The translations under genes were made by a program, and so were the position numbers. Of a stretch of 64,000 nt of DNA, positions 1 to 13,989 are shown one piece after another. Each line of letters opens with the position of its first letter. Within the stretch, counting starts at the first letter, position 1. Origin of the DNA: Geosiphon pyriformis uo1 (lineage: Eukaryota > Fungi > Glomeromycota); the NCBI GenBank assembly GCA_016748015.1, contig JAAOMT010000718.1, forward strand, positions 372,001 to 436,000. Reading direction: 5' to 3'. Below the pieces are notes generated by a model. It was not told where the DNA came from, searched no databases, and saw nothing but the letters and a program-made list of their open reading frames with translations.

Positions 1-1
1 A

Positions 2-2895
2 AAATTTAAAAATTTACGTAGAGAAGTTGGAAATTCTGTAATATATTTTGATTCAGAATTACCAAAACATCATATTTATGGTAGTGACTATTTTGATATA
101 ACATTTTCAGAACACGCTGCAATCAAAAGAAGAGAACGTTTATTAAGAAAATTAACCGGAATATTAGCAACTAGTGTAATAGGTGCTCTATTATTCTATA
201 TCTGGTTCTCTTCAAAAAATATCTCAACTACACGTGCTTACCCTATTAGCAATCAGTTTGTTCCACCACCCCTTCATATACCAGATCAAATTCTTTTATA
301 TCGTATTCTCGGAAATGATTTACCTCCTCGTCATAAAACTGGTCAAACTTTAAAAAATGTTCGATTCATTCTTGATAATGAGCCAAAATTTCCAAATACG
401 AAAAAGTGGTGGATTCTAAATCGTATTGTGGACTTGGAATATGAAGCCGCACTAATTAATTTATTGAAACACCATAAGCAAGAATATATTAGAATCCCTT
501 TTGACCCGGATGAATACATGAAACAAGATTTCCGTCTTGAAGATTTTCCTGAACCTGATTTTTTTCATAGTGATGAATACATGAGGTTCACAAAAGTCGC
601 TAAATTAAGAACTATAGATTACACCTACCATGAAAAGAATCTTTATGCCATGAATAATGTGAGTTCAAATGTTACTTTTCAATTTATCTCTCTAATTAGA
701 TTTTAATCATTTCTTTCATTTCACTTTTTTTTTTTTTTTCAGAACGGTGGTCGGAATACCGCATTATTTCATGGCAAAAGTCAACCTCGTGCTCGATGGA
801 TTTTACCATTTGATGGAAATTGTTTTGTGACCACTAATGCGTTTGCCGAAATTTCCTCTAAATTAGAACAATGGGGTGATAATTACAAATACTTTATTGT
901 TCCAATGGCAAGGTTACTTAATAATACTGAATTGTTGAGTGGACTTGACCGTCGTCCAGTCACTCCTGAAGAGCCACAAATCATTTTTCGAAATGATGCC
1001 GATGAAGCTTTTAATATAGATATGAGATATGGACGCAGATCAAAGGTTTGTTTTCTCAATTACTCTATCGATATTTTTTCATACTTTTTTTGGGAGAGGG
1101 AAAAATTTCAATTTTTATATCTCATCTCGAACAGCTTGAACTATTATGGCGTCTTGGAGTTATTTCACCGAGAAAATTGCAAGATAAACCATTTATCCCA
1201 TGGGAATCTAGAGAAGTAGAATTTTCTCAGGATATAAATCAATATAAATCAATCGGTTGGGTATTCCGTCTCTTCTCGGGACAAATTCAACAAGAAGAAA
1301 ATAAAAAGGAGGCCTCTTATCTGCGTGCATTAAATCGTTTGTTAGCTATACAAGAGTTTCTTGATAGTATTGACGAACGTTTGGCTAGAAAATCTCAAGG
1401 TTTTGACTCAAAAAGCCTATTTCAATATGATGAAAAACTAATGAATCGTGAACGACTTCACTATTGGTCTGGAGATGCAAAGGTTTCCCGGGTCGTCAAT
1501 CAATTGATTAAGCATTGTGATCGTCTGGTGAAGGATGTTTCTTACATGTTTCAGGAGTCGACAATCTCTGTTAATAACAATTCGGCCGTTCGCTATTTGG
1601 AATTAAAAAATCCAGAAAATGTTGCTTCTCAGGAAAATTTTATAAGCTCGGAGAATTTAAATGAAAATACCGAAGAATCTATGGACATCTTACTAGATAA
1701 TGATGATTCAGTTGATCAAAATGAATCATCATCATCATCATCACCATCATCACCACCGCCACCACCACCGCCCGCTACTACCAATTATATCAATGATATA
1801 CTGTCTCCAAAAATTAATCTTCCAATATTGTTTGAGAACGTTACCACCTTGGCATTGGCTCATTATTTTTCAAATCATGAGCCGTATGCTCGATGGGCGG
1901 CTAATCTTGTCCGAACATTTCTTTTGTCCACTTATTCTGTCGGTGATCCTAATGACCTTGAAGTGGGAAGCTCTAGTGCCGATTTCGACGCTTTGAACGA
2001 CGAAGGATACAATTTTCCAAGGCTAAATAAAGTTCCCCGTATACTTAAAAGATTCTCGAGATTGGAACCTCAGTTTATTGACCAGTTGCTCTCTATTAAC
2101 CCTAGTAGCTTTTTTGATGCATGCCGGCTACTCTATCGTTCTCGCAGCCTCACCCATAGAGAATTTACTGAACTTCGTTTAATAGCTTCTGATTGGCTCG
2201 AATATCTCCTGAATTCAAATGAAGGTTTGAATAGGGCAAGATTACCTGATCATCGGGGTACTCTCTACGATCTTCAAGTCGTATCTTTAGCTAGTTTCGT
2301 AGATGACTTGAGACTTTATCTTCGGGTAGTTAACCGAATAAGAATGCGTATTGGCAAACATTTTTATGCAGGAAAAAGCGGTAGTCTTTCAGGAATATCG
2401 CAGCCACAAGAGATTTCTTTCATTCAAAAAGAAATGGATTCAGGTCGCTTACTATTTTCTGACTTTGACCAAAACAGTTTCCGATATACGACATTAAATC
2501 TTCAATACTGGATGTTATTGACGAGAGGAATTCAAAATTCCGGTGTTGGTGTTGATTTATGGCAATACACCGCAAAAGATGGACAACGTTTAAGCAAGGC
2601 AATGATGGGACATATTGGGTTGCATGCCGGACGACTAGAAAATGACGTATTAAAACCCTTATTGCATATTGCACAGACGGCTCATAAGGCTAGTGATGAA
2701 AAACGTGGAATATGGCATGAACATGGGGATGAACATGATTATTTCCAGCATTTCTTGAAAAGTATTGGGGGTAAAATGGATATTTTGAGAAAAGACAATT
2801 TAGAAGAAGATGCCCAGATGGATTTACGGGTGGGAATAGGCGAAGAAGCAAGGAAACAGGGTATTCCTCCTTTCTGGATGCTTGGAGTAGCATGA
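2..2895 (+). CDS. Type II membrane protein with glycosyltransferase-like N-terminal region and C-terminal alginate-lyase (PL5/PF05426-like) fold; 5' partial; exons <2-658, 743-1045, 1135-2895
   Basis: Frame is open from the window start. TM segment LTGILATSVIGALLFYIWF. Family motifs YRILGNDLPPRH, NNNGGRN, LPFDGNCF, EEPQIIF and YGRRSK-LELLWRLGV join across GT-AG introns 659-742 and 1046-1134. C-terminal DHRGTLYDLQ, QPQE, NLQYW and GVDLWQY resemble alginate-lyase motifs. Confidence 0.7.
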
Positions 2896-4190
2896 GGAAA
2901 CGAAAGCTATAATAGGCTTTTAATTATATATATATATATATATGTTTGATTAAAATTCGATTACCATAATTATTTGTATATTTTTCTTTTTGGGATCATT
3001 TACGAACGAGTTCTGTTATTAGATGGATTAAATAGACAATGGATATGTCAAACTACTCTAATTAAGAATTTTCTAAATAAAAAAATCCCATCCAAATTTC
3101 TTAGCATAAAATCCCGTCCTAATCCAATTTGTTCTTTGTTTGGTGTCATTTGTTTGTTCGTACCTATTGAACAAAAAAAACATTTCCCAAAATCGAAAAA
3201 AACTAGATGAAAATGTAATATATTTTTTAAGTAGCCTATTTTACCTGATAAAATGAATTTCTTAAATGGGGCTATTTAATTGTAAAATTTCTTATTTGAG
3301 AGAGTTAAATCAATGAAATGAATCAGGTTGAGAACTTTTTTTTTTTTTTTTCTAATACTCCTATAAAAAAAAAAACCAGTAAAATCTGGGAAAAATAAAA
3401 TAAAATAGAAAAATCTGCAACTACAATTAATTAATTTTTTTAATTTTTTTAATTTTAGAATACATTAATTATTTATTACATGTATTTTGTTTTAAAAGAA
3501 AATTAAATTACTTATTTTTATATTAATCATATAACTACTGTATAAAAGATATATACATCATGCATCATGCAAAAATTTTCATATTGAATGGGAAGTTTCC
3601 CAAAAATAATTGTCGTTAAAAAATATCATCTAAAAGAACATAGAGATTACACCACATCTCATGTTATCATAAAATATGACAAATATCGTCATATTTAAGA
3701 GTTCGAGAGTTACTTTTTCTTTTGCTAATCTTATTTTAAATAGGTGGCATCCTTATAGAAAGCATGTGTAATCTATAAACAGAATTCTAAAGCTTTTACT
3801 GCAGCTATAGACTTTCATCTGTGATTTTTTTTATTTTGGGAGGCGAACAATATATGTTGATGCTATAAATAATGGTAACACGTCTATGAAATGATAATCC
3901 GATCAAGGAAGAAAGCCTAAAAATGTGGTGATATCAAAATGAATTATTTACATTTCTAGCCTTTGACATTGGAAAAACGGTGCTCTACAATTAATTTTAT
4001 TTGATTTTGAATTATCGATATCATTAATCAATGCAAAAGTGGTTATGTAACAACAATTTGTTTCTATTTCCAAGCTCTAAAGATCAAAAACAAAACGAGA
4101 ATACGGATTATTATGGGTTACTTGAAAATTCATGTTCATTTAATTGTTTAAGGTCCTTTGAGATATCATTGAATTTAAGTGAAATTTTCA

Positions 4191-6656
4191 CTAATAGTAA
4201 CGCCTTCTTTTATCATCTCTAAAGTCTCCGGATTCACCTCGCCGATGATCTCGAGAGTATTGTCTCCTTCCTTTATCTGAGAGATCAGATTCTGAGGAAC
4301 TATATTTTTTATGAGATCTGCTCGGCTGCTTCCTTCTATCTTTTTCTTCTGATTTATAATGCTGCTTTTCATGAAGTCTAGGTTGATATTTCCTAGCTCG
4401 ATCAATTTGGTCAGAATCAGAATCAGAATCGTGCTTATTTCGCAAAGAATGTCTTGGTTTTCTAAGCTCTTCTTCAGATTGTGATGAAGTCTCTGAATCT
4501 GAGGAATCTGAATCATCATTAGAAGATTCAGATGAAGACTCTGAACTCTCCGCTACATCAATTTTCCTTTTCTGTGACATAAGCAGCTTCTGCATATTCT
4601 ATTATTTAATCAAGGAAAAATCAGGGGTCATATCAATTTTTAGTAAAGACAAATTATTTATAACTTTTAAATAATACCTGTAAATGTTCTCTCAATTCGT
4701 CAGTTAAACCACCCATCTCAATACTAGTGAAGTAATTGATGGCAAATCTGGTATTTCGTGGATTGTCTTTTGGGAAAAGACCAACAAAATATTCTTGCAT
4801 GGTTGGAATCTGCAATCTTTCTTTTAATTTTATTAAGCCAAGAGAGCTTTTGAGCTCTTCGAATAATATCTTTACAAATATTCGAGAGCTAGAGGTAGTA
4901 TCGTCTTCATTCAACCGAATCACCTTGAATACTTCCCATGATATGGCGTCCGAACCAAGAAGATGTCCAAAATATTTGGATATGTTTCGTAATCTGTTTG
5001 TCTCATATCGATGAATCGTATCGTAGTATTGTATGAAGCATTGCTCAAACGATTTGGCCCAGATCAGGTTGATCTTTGCAAGCCGTTCACCGACCAGCCC
5101 AAAGAATTTTTCATAAGTTCTTTCTTGAGAACAACACTCGATTATCATGTTGCAAAGTTCCATCTAGTGATGATAAATTAAAAGGTCATCCCTTGTGTGG
5201 CTTAATAGTAAAATTGAATCAAAAGCGATATTATGCAGAAAGTCTTCACATACCTCTTGGCCTTCTTGAATATTTAGTTTCATGAGTTTGTGGCAGCATT
5301 CCTCCATATCAACACTTGACTTGATGGTAAGGTAAATAGTTCTCCTCAAATTTATTAAATTTGTATTGGTCTGATCATGTATTTGCATTTTTTGAGCAGC
5401 AGCTAAAAGTCAAGTTCTTAATTAACGTTATTAAAAATAATTAAAACGGTTCCCAAGAAATTTAGGATACCTTGTTCATCTTCTTCCTCCTCATCGCTTT
5501 CATCAGAATTTGAAGAATCGTTTTCTTCTTCAGAATCCTCCCCCAAAATTTGTTTTTTGATTTCAGCATATTTTTCTTGGTTTTTTATATAATCTTCATC
5601 ATATCTGAAGATACCTACGTTATAAGAACATAAAAGTTAGGCATTATAACAAAATATGATATCTAAATAAAGGTTGTAATCAAAATACATACCCAGTGTT
5701 TCTTCGACATCTAATTGCTCATCAAGGGATAAATGGTGAGTAATTTGATCCTCTTCTTGGACTAAATCTAATGCGGCAGCTATTGGTGGATTGTCTTTGT
5801 ACTTATCTTTCCGCACTTGAAATAAAACCTCGACCATATATTGCACTCTAGTCTCTACATTCCCTTCATGCAAGATCGCACGAAACCTGTCGTATACATC
5901 ATTGTTTGCTTTTGGGGATACTTCAGCTAGATGGGCTCCGCATTCCCGCATGAATCCCACAGCAACCTCAACTGAATCGCTCGTGGGCTTTTCGAGCAAT
6001 AATACAAGAATTTGCAAGGCAACAATCTCATGTGCTACAAGATGATTACAGAGATGTGCTAAAAATGTCGTTGCAGCCAGACAGGTCGTCTGTAAATGGT
6101 TTGAAATTAAATATAAATTTCAAAAAATGCGCAGTATTATGCAAAATCCGATAAAAATGGTTTACCTTATCATTTCGTTTATATGCTTTTCGAAATTGAA
6201 CAATCAATCTAGTTAATACAAGTTCCCCTACTTGTGGAAGTTTCGTGTTGATAATAGCGACGAGGGCAGCGTAGACGGGTGTGAAGGGAAGAGAGGCAGA
6301 TTGTGCTTTTATTATTGATCTTGCGAAAAGTCCTCTTCCTCTGATCAAGTTTTCGTTCATAAGTTCAAAGACAATACTTTTGATATTTGATGTGTTCACC
6401 TGTTACCAATGATGATGATGATGATGATCAAATCTATATAAACTTCGAGTCAGGACTTTAGGTTTGGTTTAAAACATACCTTGTTGATGAGACCATTAAT
6501 ACTCTTTTTGAGAGCTTCCCAAGTTATACGTTGGTATTGTTCACTATTGGGATCAGTAATCTCTTGTTGCATCATCTTTAGGCGAGCAGGGGGAATGTAT
6601 ACTCCCCCTGCCCTGGTGTTCACAATCACTTGCTGATTGGTTTTGATAAGAGACAT
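4191..6656 (-). CDS. CWC22: Pre-mRNA splicing factor Cwc22 (MIF4G + MA3 domains), multi-exon
   Basis: [70 protein letters not shown] and FAINYFTSI are hallmark Cwc22 motifs. Confidence 0.96.
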
Positions 6657-7192
6657 TCTGGACTTTCACAATTTAGAGAGAAGCTTTAGCGAAGTAATTT
6701 AGAAAATAGACTTTTAAATTGTATACAATCACTAAATTCGAAAATGAACTTATGACATCATATGCGATAACTTGGCGATCAGATGACGTTACTAAGAAAT
6801 TTTATCGCTACATGCCTTATTGGATTTTTCTTTCCAGCCTTTAAAAGTTATAAAAATCTATCATTTTTATGTATTAATGATTTTTTTTTCAATTAATTAT
6901 GCAGTTATTTAATAATAACCAGTTGCAAATATTTTATTAATATAAAAGATTTGTATATTTCGAAATTACACATAAAATGTTATTATTTAAGAAAGACATT
7001 TTTGTAAATATTAAAACTTTAAAAACACACAATTATTGAAAAATACTTTTATTAAGTAAAAATATTACTTTGAAATTATTTTAGCTTTACATTTATAATT
7101 TACAATTAAGATTTAAAACTTATAAAGTAAAATTTATTTATTTATAAAAAAACATTTGTTTTACATTTTTACAAATATTAAAAAATACATTT

Positions 7193-7193
<1 letters not shown>

Positions 7194-7234
<41 letters not shown>
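7194..7234. repeat. (TAA)n microsatellite
   Basis: Direct inspection. Similar tracts at 19201-19238 (TAA) and about 26156-26182 (CAA). Confidence 0.9.
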
Positions 7235-7808
7235 TAAAATCAAAAGATTCAGTAAATAATTTAAAAGATACAAATTTTAATTTTAATTTGCTATTTGAAT
7301 AAATATATTATTTAATATATATTACTTTATTATTTTATTTGTAAAAAAATTTAATAATTATTAATTAAAAAATTAATAATAAACAATATTAATCTTTAAA
7401 TATTTTAAATTAAGTTAATTTTGGTATTAATTTTACATAATATTTTGTTATTTATTTAATAATATAAAAATACATAAAAAAAAAAAAATTAATAATGCAA
7501 AATAAAATAAACTTTAAACAAAAAAAAACTTTCATTACTTTAATATTATAAATTTTATTAATAAACTTTTTCATAAATTTAGTTATCATTTTCAGTGGTG
7601 GTGCCTTTTCCTTTGGAATTCAAGTATTAAGAATATTTTTACAATAATATTTGGCCATTTGTCAAAAACAGCACCTGTTCAAAACCAACATGTAACGCTA
7701 ATGAATATCGTCTATTTTGCCAGTCACGAATATTTAAAAAATATACAGATTTTGCAACGGATAGAACGATAAAACTAAAATACAATGGAATCCCGATCGC
7801 TAAGCCAG

Positions 7809-7816
7809 TGACGTCA
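7809..7816. promoter_or_regulatory. CRE/ATF-type palindrome TGACGTCA upstream of the aminopeptidase P start
   Basis: Exact consensus about 60 bp before ATG 7869; function not shown. Confidence 0.3.
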
Positions 7817-7868
7817 TAAGTTTACTGGATTATCAGTTATCAGTTGAGTAAAAGACTTTATTTATTGA

Positions 7869-10856
7869 ATGCATGCAGTTTTTCGTTCCAGGCTAATTAA
7901 CATTCAAAGTTTTTGTGGTTCACGCATTTCACCGCTTCACCTAATGGCTGCTAAAAATAGGCCGAGTGTTGTAGACACAACTGGGAAATTGGCAAGATTG
8001 AGAGAATTATTTACCAAAGAACAATACAACCTCACTGCCTAGTAAGTTTTCTTTTTAACAGAGTTCCAAGAATTCATAACAATGACCCTCACAATTTCTC
8101 GAAATTTACCAACAGTATTATTCCTTCTGAAGATGCCCACCAGGTTGGATCAAAACGCAATTTTGATCATTATTACTTTTTTGAGTTGTGAAGATTATTT
8201 ATATGAAGTGCCTCAAATTATTCTTGTTTTTTAGAGTGAATACATTGCAGCTTGCGATGGTCGCCGCGGATTTATATCTGGATTCACCGGTTCTGCAGGT
8301 GGGTTTTCCCAATCTTCGATTGATTTGTTGGTTTTTAAATTAAACCTCCACCCTTTCTTTTCAGGCCTTGCTATTGTAAGCAAAAATAGTGCGGCCTTAT
8401 TCACTGATGGTCGTTATTTTCTGCAAGCAAGCCTCCAGCTCGATTCCAACTGGACTTTGATGAAACAAGGTTTGCCATGTGTGCCTACTTGGCAAGAGTA
8501 TCTCGTCCAGGTAATTAATTGTCATTTTGACCCCCAAATTTTAAATTGAGGACTTTTCTTTGATTAATAAATATCTTAGGAACTTCCCGAAGGATCTAGG
8601 ATTGGTATTGATCCTACCTTGATAAGCGTGTGTAAGTGTTTTTTTTTTCAGGAAAATTTAGATTAAATTCAGGTTCGTTAAAGTTAACTTTAAATCTTGT
8701 TTTTCTTTTAGCTGAGGCCCGAAATCTCTCAGAATCATTGGGAAAGGTTGGATCTTCCCTAGTAGCGACTGATAGAAACTTGGTTGACATAGTTTGGGGA
8801 GAAGAGAGACCTAGCCGTCCTGCACACCCAATTATTGTGTTGCCAATAGAATATGCTGGTATTTTTCTCAAAAGAGAATAAATATATTTGTAGCTATCTG
8901 TTAATATTCACATATATTTTTTGATTTTTAGGTCGATCACATACCGACAAAATAGCAAGCCTTCGAGAGGAATTAGCTAAAGCTAATGTTTATGGTTTTG
9001 TAGTATCTGCGTTAGACGAAATTGCATGTAACAAATAATTTTATCATTCCTCAACTGCTTTTTTGCCAATATAATACTAATAATTCAATAATTTTATTAG
9101 GGCTTTTTAATCTTCGTGGTTCTGACATTGAATGCAATCCAGTCTTTTTTGCATATGCACTTGTTACCAAAGAAGAAGTCGCACTGTATACAGACGCAGG
9201 CAGGCTCACGAATGAGGTCAAGCATCAATTAGGATCAGAAATAAATTTCCATCCTTACGAAGCTATATTCAACGATATAAGGGGGTTAAAAACGACCCTT
9301 AAAGCGGAAAATCAAGTTTTTATCTAATAAACTCACTATTTATTTTTGCTCTTTATTTTCCTGACTCGCAAAGTAATTGTTATTTCATTCTTGTACTGCT
9401 TAGAAAATATTGCTTTCAAATCGAGCAAGCCTTGCTTTAGCTCAAGCGGCTGATGAGGTGGGAGTAGTTATGAAGACGGCCTTTTTTTTTGCGATATTTT
9501 AACTTAGATTACTATTTTACGTAGGGGAACGTTGAATTAAATCGCTCTCCTTTATTAGAGCCCAAAGCAATTAAAAATGAGGTGGAATTGGAGGGGATAA
9601 GACAATGTCATTTAAGAGACGCAGTTGCTGTGGTAAGCGATCGGCAAATTTTTTTGAAGTGATTTTGGGCAAAAAAAATTCATGACTCGACCAATTTTAT
9701 TCAGATAAATTATTTCGCATGGCTAGAAGAGCAACTTGCTTTGGGGAAAAATTTGACAGAATTAGATGGGTCAAATCGCCTTGAAAAATTCAGAGCGTGA
9801 GTCTAGGTCCATATATATTTTTTCAAATATGTTTAAATAACATTTCTATTTGATTTTTTGCAGTGAACTTAAAGATTTCGTTGGACTCTCTTTTGAGACA
9901 ATTTCGGCATCTGGGCCAAATGGCGCTATAATTCATTACAAACCTGAGCCAGAAACATGCGCCCTGATCGATCCATCTCTTCTTTATCTATGTGATTCCG
10001 GTGGTCAGTACAGGTATACTTATTAGTGGACTTTTTTGGCATCTTTTATTGCATCCACCAACATCTAGAGTTGAACTGTAGTTTCTTTTTTAAAGAGATG
10101 GTACAACTGACATAACGCGAACAATTCATTTCGGCATCCCAACCGAGCAAGAGAAACATGCTTTCACACGTGTCCTACAAGGGCACATAGCCATTGATCA
10201 AGCTATTTTCCCACAAGGCACTACAGGCAAGCTTTTTATTTAAAAGAATTTTTAGGCATTTGTTCACCTCCATCTCGTGAGAATATGTCTCAATTTTTTT
10301 TGATTTTCAGGTTACAATCTGGATGTCCTCGCTCGAGCAGCTTTATGGAAAGATGGGTTAGATTTTCGCCATGGGACTGGTCATGGAGTTGGTCATTATT
10401 TGAATGTACATGAAGGTAAGCTTTTTAATGGCCGAAACCTCCAACTATCCACAATTTGAAATATTCAAATTTGATTTTTCCCCTTGGTCATCAGGCCCTC
10501 ACGGAATCGGGACTCGAATCACGTTCAATGATACACCACTTCAAGCTGGTATGACTGTGACTGATGAACCTGGCTACTATGAGGATGGAAAATTCGGCAT
10601 CCGCATTGAATCAGTATTATTAGTTTGTGGAAAGAAGACTCCACATAACTTTGGGGAGCGAGGCTATCTTGGCTTTGAGCATGTCTCTATGGTGCCTATC
10701 CAAACAAAACTTATTGAAAATTCTTTGTTGAATCCTGCTGAACGGCAATGGGTCAACGATTTTAATGCCGAATGCCTACAAAAGGTGAGGCCATTATTGA
10801 AACCTCATAGTTTGGGTTTGAAATGGTTAGAAAGAGAGGCTGTATCTTTAAAATAA
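7869..10856 (+). CDS. Xaa-Pro aminopeptidase (aminopeptidase P, M24; XPNPEP1/Fra1-like), many exons
   Basis: [77 protein letters not shown]. Confidence 0.95.
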
Positions 10857-11212
10857 GGTATAAATTGAATAATTGATTTCGGATTAGGTTAGAAACATTA
10901 GATGATAATCATTTAATACAAATAATAAATACATTCTATTATTTAACTTGATTATTTGATCTCTTTTAATCAGCCTTTTTATTGTTCGAATTATTATCAC
11001 TTGAAACTGATGTGTTTACTGACTATCAATCAGATTGTGTCAGGCAGATTATTTAATATCAGATATCGGGCATAAATGATTTTTTTCAGAAAAAATTTTC
11101 ATCATTTTCTTTCGAGTCTTGTAAACGTGCGTCTTTCTCTTCCTCACCTTCGTTTAATATTTTCTCCTTATAAACCTCAAAATCGTCGTGCAAATTTAAC
11201 GTTGCTCAAAGT

Positions 11213-13322
11213 ATGTCTACAGATTATGGAGGTGCTATTGGTATCGATTTAGGAACTACCTATTCGTGTGTCGCTGTATGGGAAAATGAACGAGTTGGTA
11301 AGTTCTTTTGGGTTTGCTACTCCCCTATAGAACGTTTCTTCTTTCAGCAACACGAGCGACAGCCAAGTGAGAGACCTAATCTTTCTTGAAATTTTTTGGT
11401 TTGTAATTAGAAATCATTGCGAATGAGCAGGGTAACCGAACAACTCCGTCTTATGTGGCTTTCTCCGAAAGTGAACGCCTCATTGGTGACGCTGCAAAGA
11501 ATCAAGCGGCTATGAACCCGAAAAATACGGTATTCGATGCCAAACGGCTAATTGGTCGTCGATTCGATGATCCTGAGGTTAAATCAGATATGAAACATTG
11601 GCCTTTTAAAGTAATTGAAAAGGATGGATCGCCATTGATTCAGGTAGAATATCAGGGTGAACAAAAGAGTTTCACTCCGCAAGAGATTTCCTCGATGGTG
11701 CTGGTTCGAATGAAGGTAACAAAAATCATGTTCGAGGTCAGTTTTAATCACCATCATTGCTAACCCCTACTTTTGATTTTATTTAGGAAATTGCTGAAGG
11801 CAAACTGGGGAAAAAAGTTAAAAAGGCTGTTATTACTGTCCCAGCTTATTTTAACGACTCACAACGTCTAGCCACAAAAGACGCGGGCGCCATTGCCGGA
11901 CTCGAGGTTTTACGTATTATTAATGAGCCTACGGCTGCTGCGATTGCTTACGGACTTGATTCTAAAGAGTCGAAAGAAAAGAATGTGCTTATTTTTGATT
12001 TGGGAGGAGGTACATTTGATGTTTCGCTTCTAAATATCACTGGAGGTGTATTTGCCGTAAAAGCCACAGCTGGTGACACACATTTGGGTGGTGAAGATTT
12101 TGATAATAACCTGCTTGAACACTTTAAGCAAGAATTCAAGAGAAAGCACAAAAAAGAAATTTCGGATGATGCGCGCGCTATTCGTCGTTTGCGAACAGCT
12201 TGTGAACGTGCAAAGCGTGCTTTATCATCACTTACTCAAACTAGCGTTGAAATAGATTCATTGTTTGATGGTAATGATTTTCAAGCAACCATTACACGGG
12301 CCAAGTTTGAAGAATTAAATTCTTCACACTTTAACTCAACATTGGAACCGGTGCGAAAAGTTTTGAAAGATGCAAAGATGGAAAAGAAAGAGATTCATGA
12401 AATTGTATTAGTTGGTGGCTCTACGCGAATTCCTAAGATACAATCCCTCTTGCAAGACTTATTTGATGGAAAAGAATTGAACAAATCTATCAATCCTGAT
12501 GAAGCTGTTGCATATGGGGCAGCTGTCCAGGCAGCTGTGCTCACTAATCAAGCCGGTAATGAAAAGACTCAGGATCTTTTATTGTTGGACGTTGTCCCGC
12601 TCAGCTTGGGAGTGGAGACACAGGGTGGAGTAATGGCAGTTGTAGTTCCTCGAAATACACCGATTCCTACTATCAAGAAAAAAGTTTTTACGACTGCAGA
12701 AGAAAGTCAAACAATTGTGGAGTTCCCCGTGTATGAAGGAGAACGTCCAATGTGCAAAGATAACAATCTTCTCGGATCATTCGAGCTCTCTGGTATCCCA
12801 CCAATGCCTCGTGGTGAAGCCGAACTCGAATGCACGTTCGATCTCAATGCTGACGGTATATTGAAAGTGACAGCCAAAGATAGGGCGACTGGAAGAAAAG
12901 CGAATATTACTATTTCAAATTCTGCTGGTCGTTTATCTGCCCAAGATATTGAACGTATGGTTGCAGAATCAGAGCGATTCAAAGAAGATGACAAAAAAAG
13001 TCAAGAGCGGGTGGAGGCTAAACAAGAACTTGAAAATTATTTTTATCAAGTATTTGATTTTATAATTTGAATAATGGTTTTTTTTGGCATAATTGATATT
13101 GATTAGTTTTTCAATCTATAGATTCAAAACACAATCAGCGAACCTAACGTTGCTATGAAATTAAAAAGCGGTGACAAAGAATCGATTGAGAGCGCTTTGG
13201 CAGAGGTGGAGGCATTCTTTGAAAATTTCAATGATCCATCAGTGGGCAAGGATGAAATCAATGCTACAAGAAAGAAGTTACAACGTATAGTTACTCGCGC
13301 TTTCGCTTCACTGAATCGTTAA
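11213..13322 (+). CDS. SSB1: Ribosome-associated Hsp70, Ssb type; 4 exons
   Basis: [48 protein letters not shown]-terminus [14 protein letters not shown] lacks EEVD and resembles the Ssb tail. Confidence 0.9.
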
Positions 13323-13989
13323 GCTTCCTGTTGATTATGTATGTCATGGACAAAATAGGTAAAATCTTATTTTTGTAATATAGGGCATGCTGTAACAAAA
13401 CCAAACAAACTGAACATTATGTCGCAGGGAATTACAAGGCTCAAATTTGTATTATCAATATGAAATTAGTGGTTTTATAATGGTTTACTTATTTAAAATT
13501 AACTAATTTAAATAAAAAATATATTATGAAGCTTAAACACTGTTAAATTAAATTATTATTTATACATATTTATTGACATTAATAACAATTAAAATATTGT
13601 AATTAAGATATTATTTTTGAAGGTCTAAAAATCTTAATTTTAATTTTAATCCTTATATTTATGATTAATAATACGTTTAATAATAATATAATAAATTTAA
13701 AAAGCTTGAATATTTTAAAACGCACGATCCACATCTATAATAACTAATTTGTAACTAGAACACATCACACTTTGTCAAAGCAATAAAACCAAACTTAATA
13801 TTAAATAAATAAATTTTAATTGTACATTATATATTAAAATTTCTTATGTTTTATTAATAAAGTTTAATATATTTCATAAGTTTGAAAATTTGAAAAACAA
13901 TAAATAATTATTACACAAAATAAAATTTGTTATATTTAAATATTATTTTAAAATGTTAAAATTTGTGTTTTTTAAATACATATATCCAT

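Noticed and set aside
1700-1996. Poly-His ORF
   Set aside because: Alternative-frame reading of the TCA/CCA tract that encodes Ser/Pro in the real gene.
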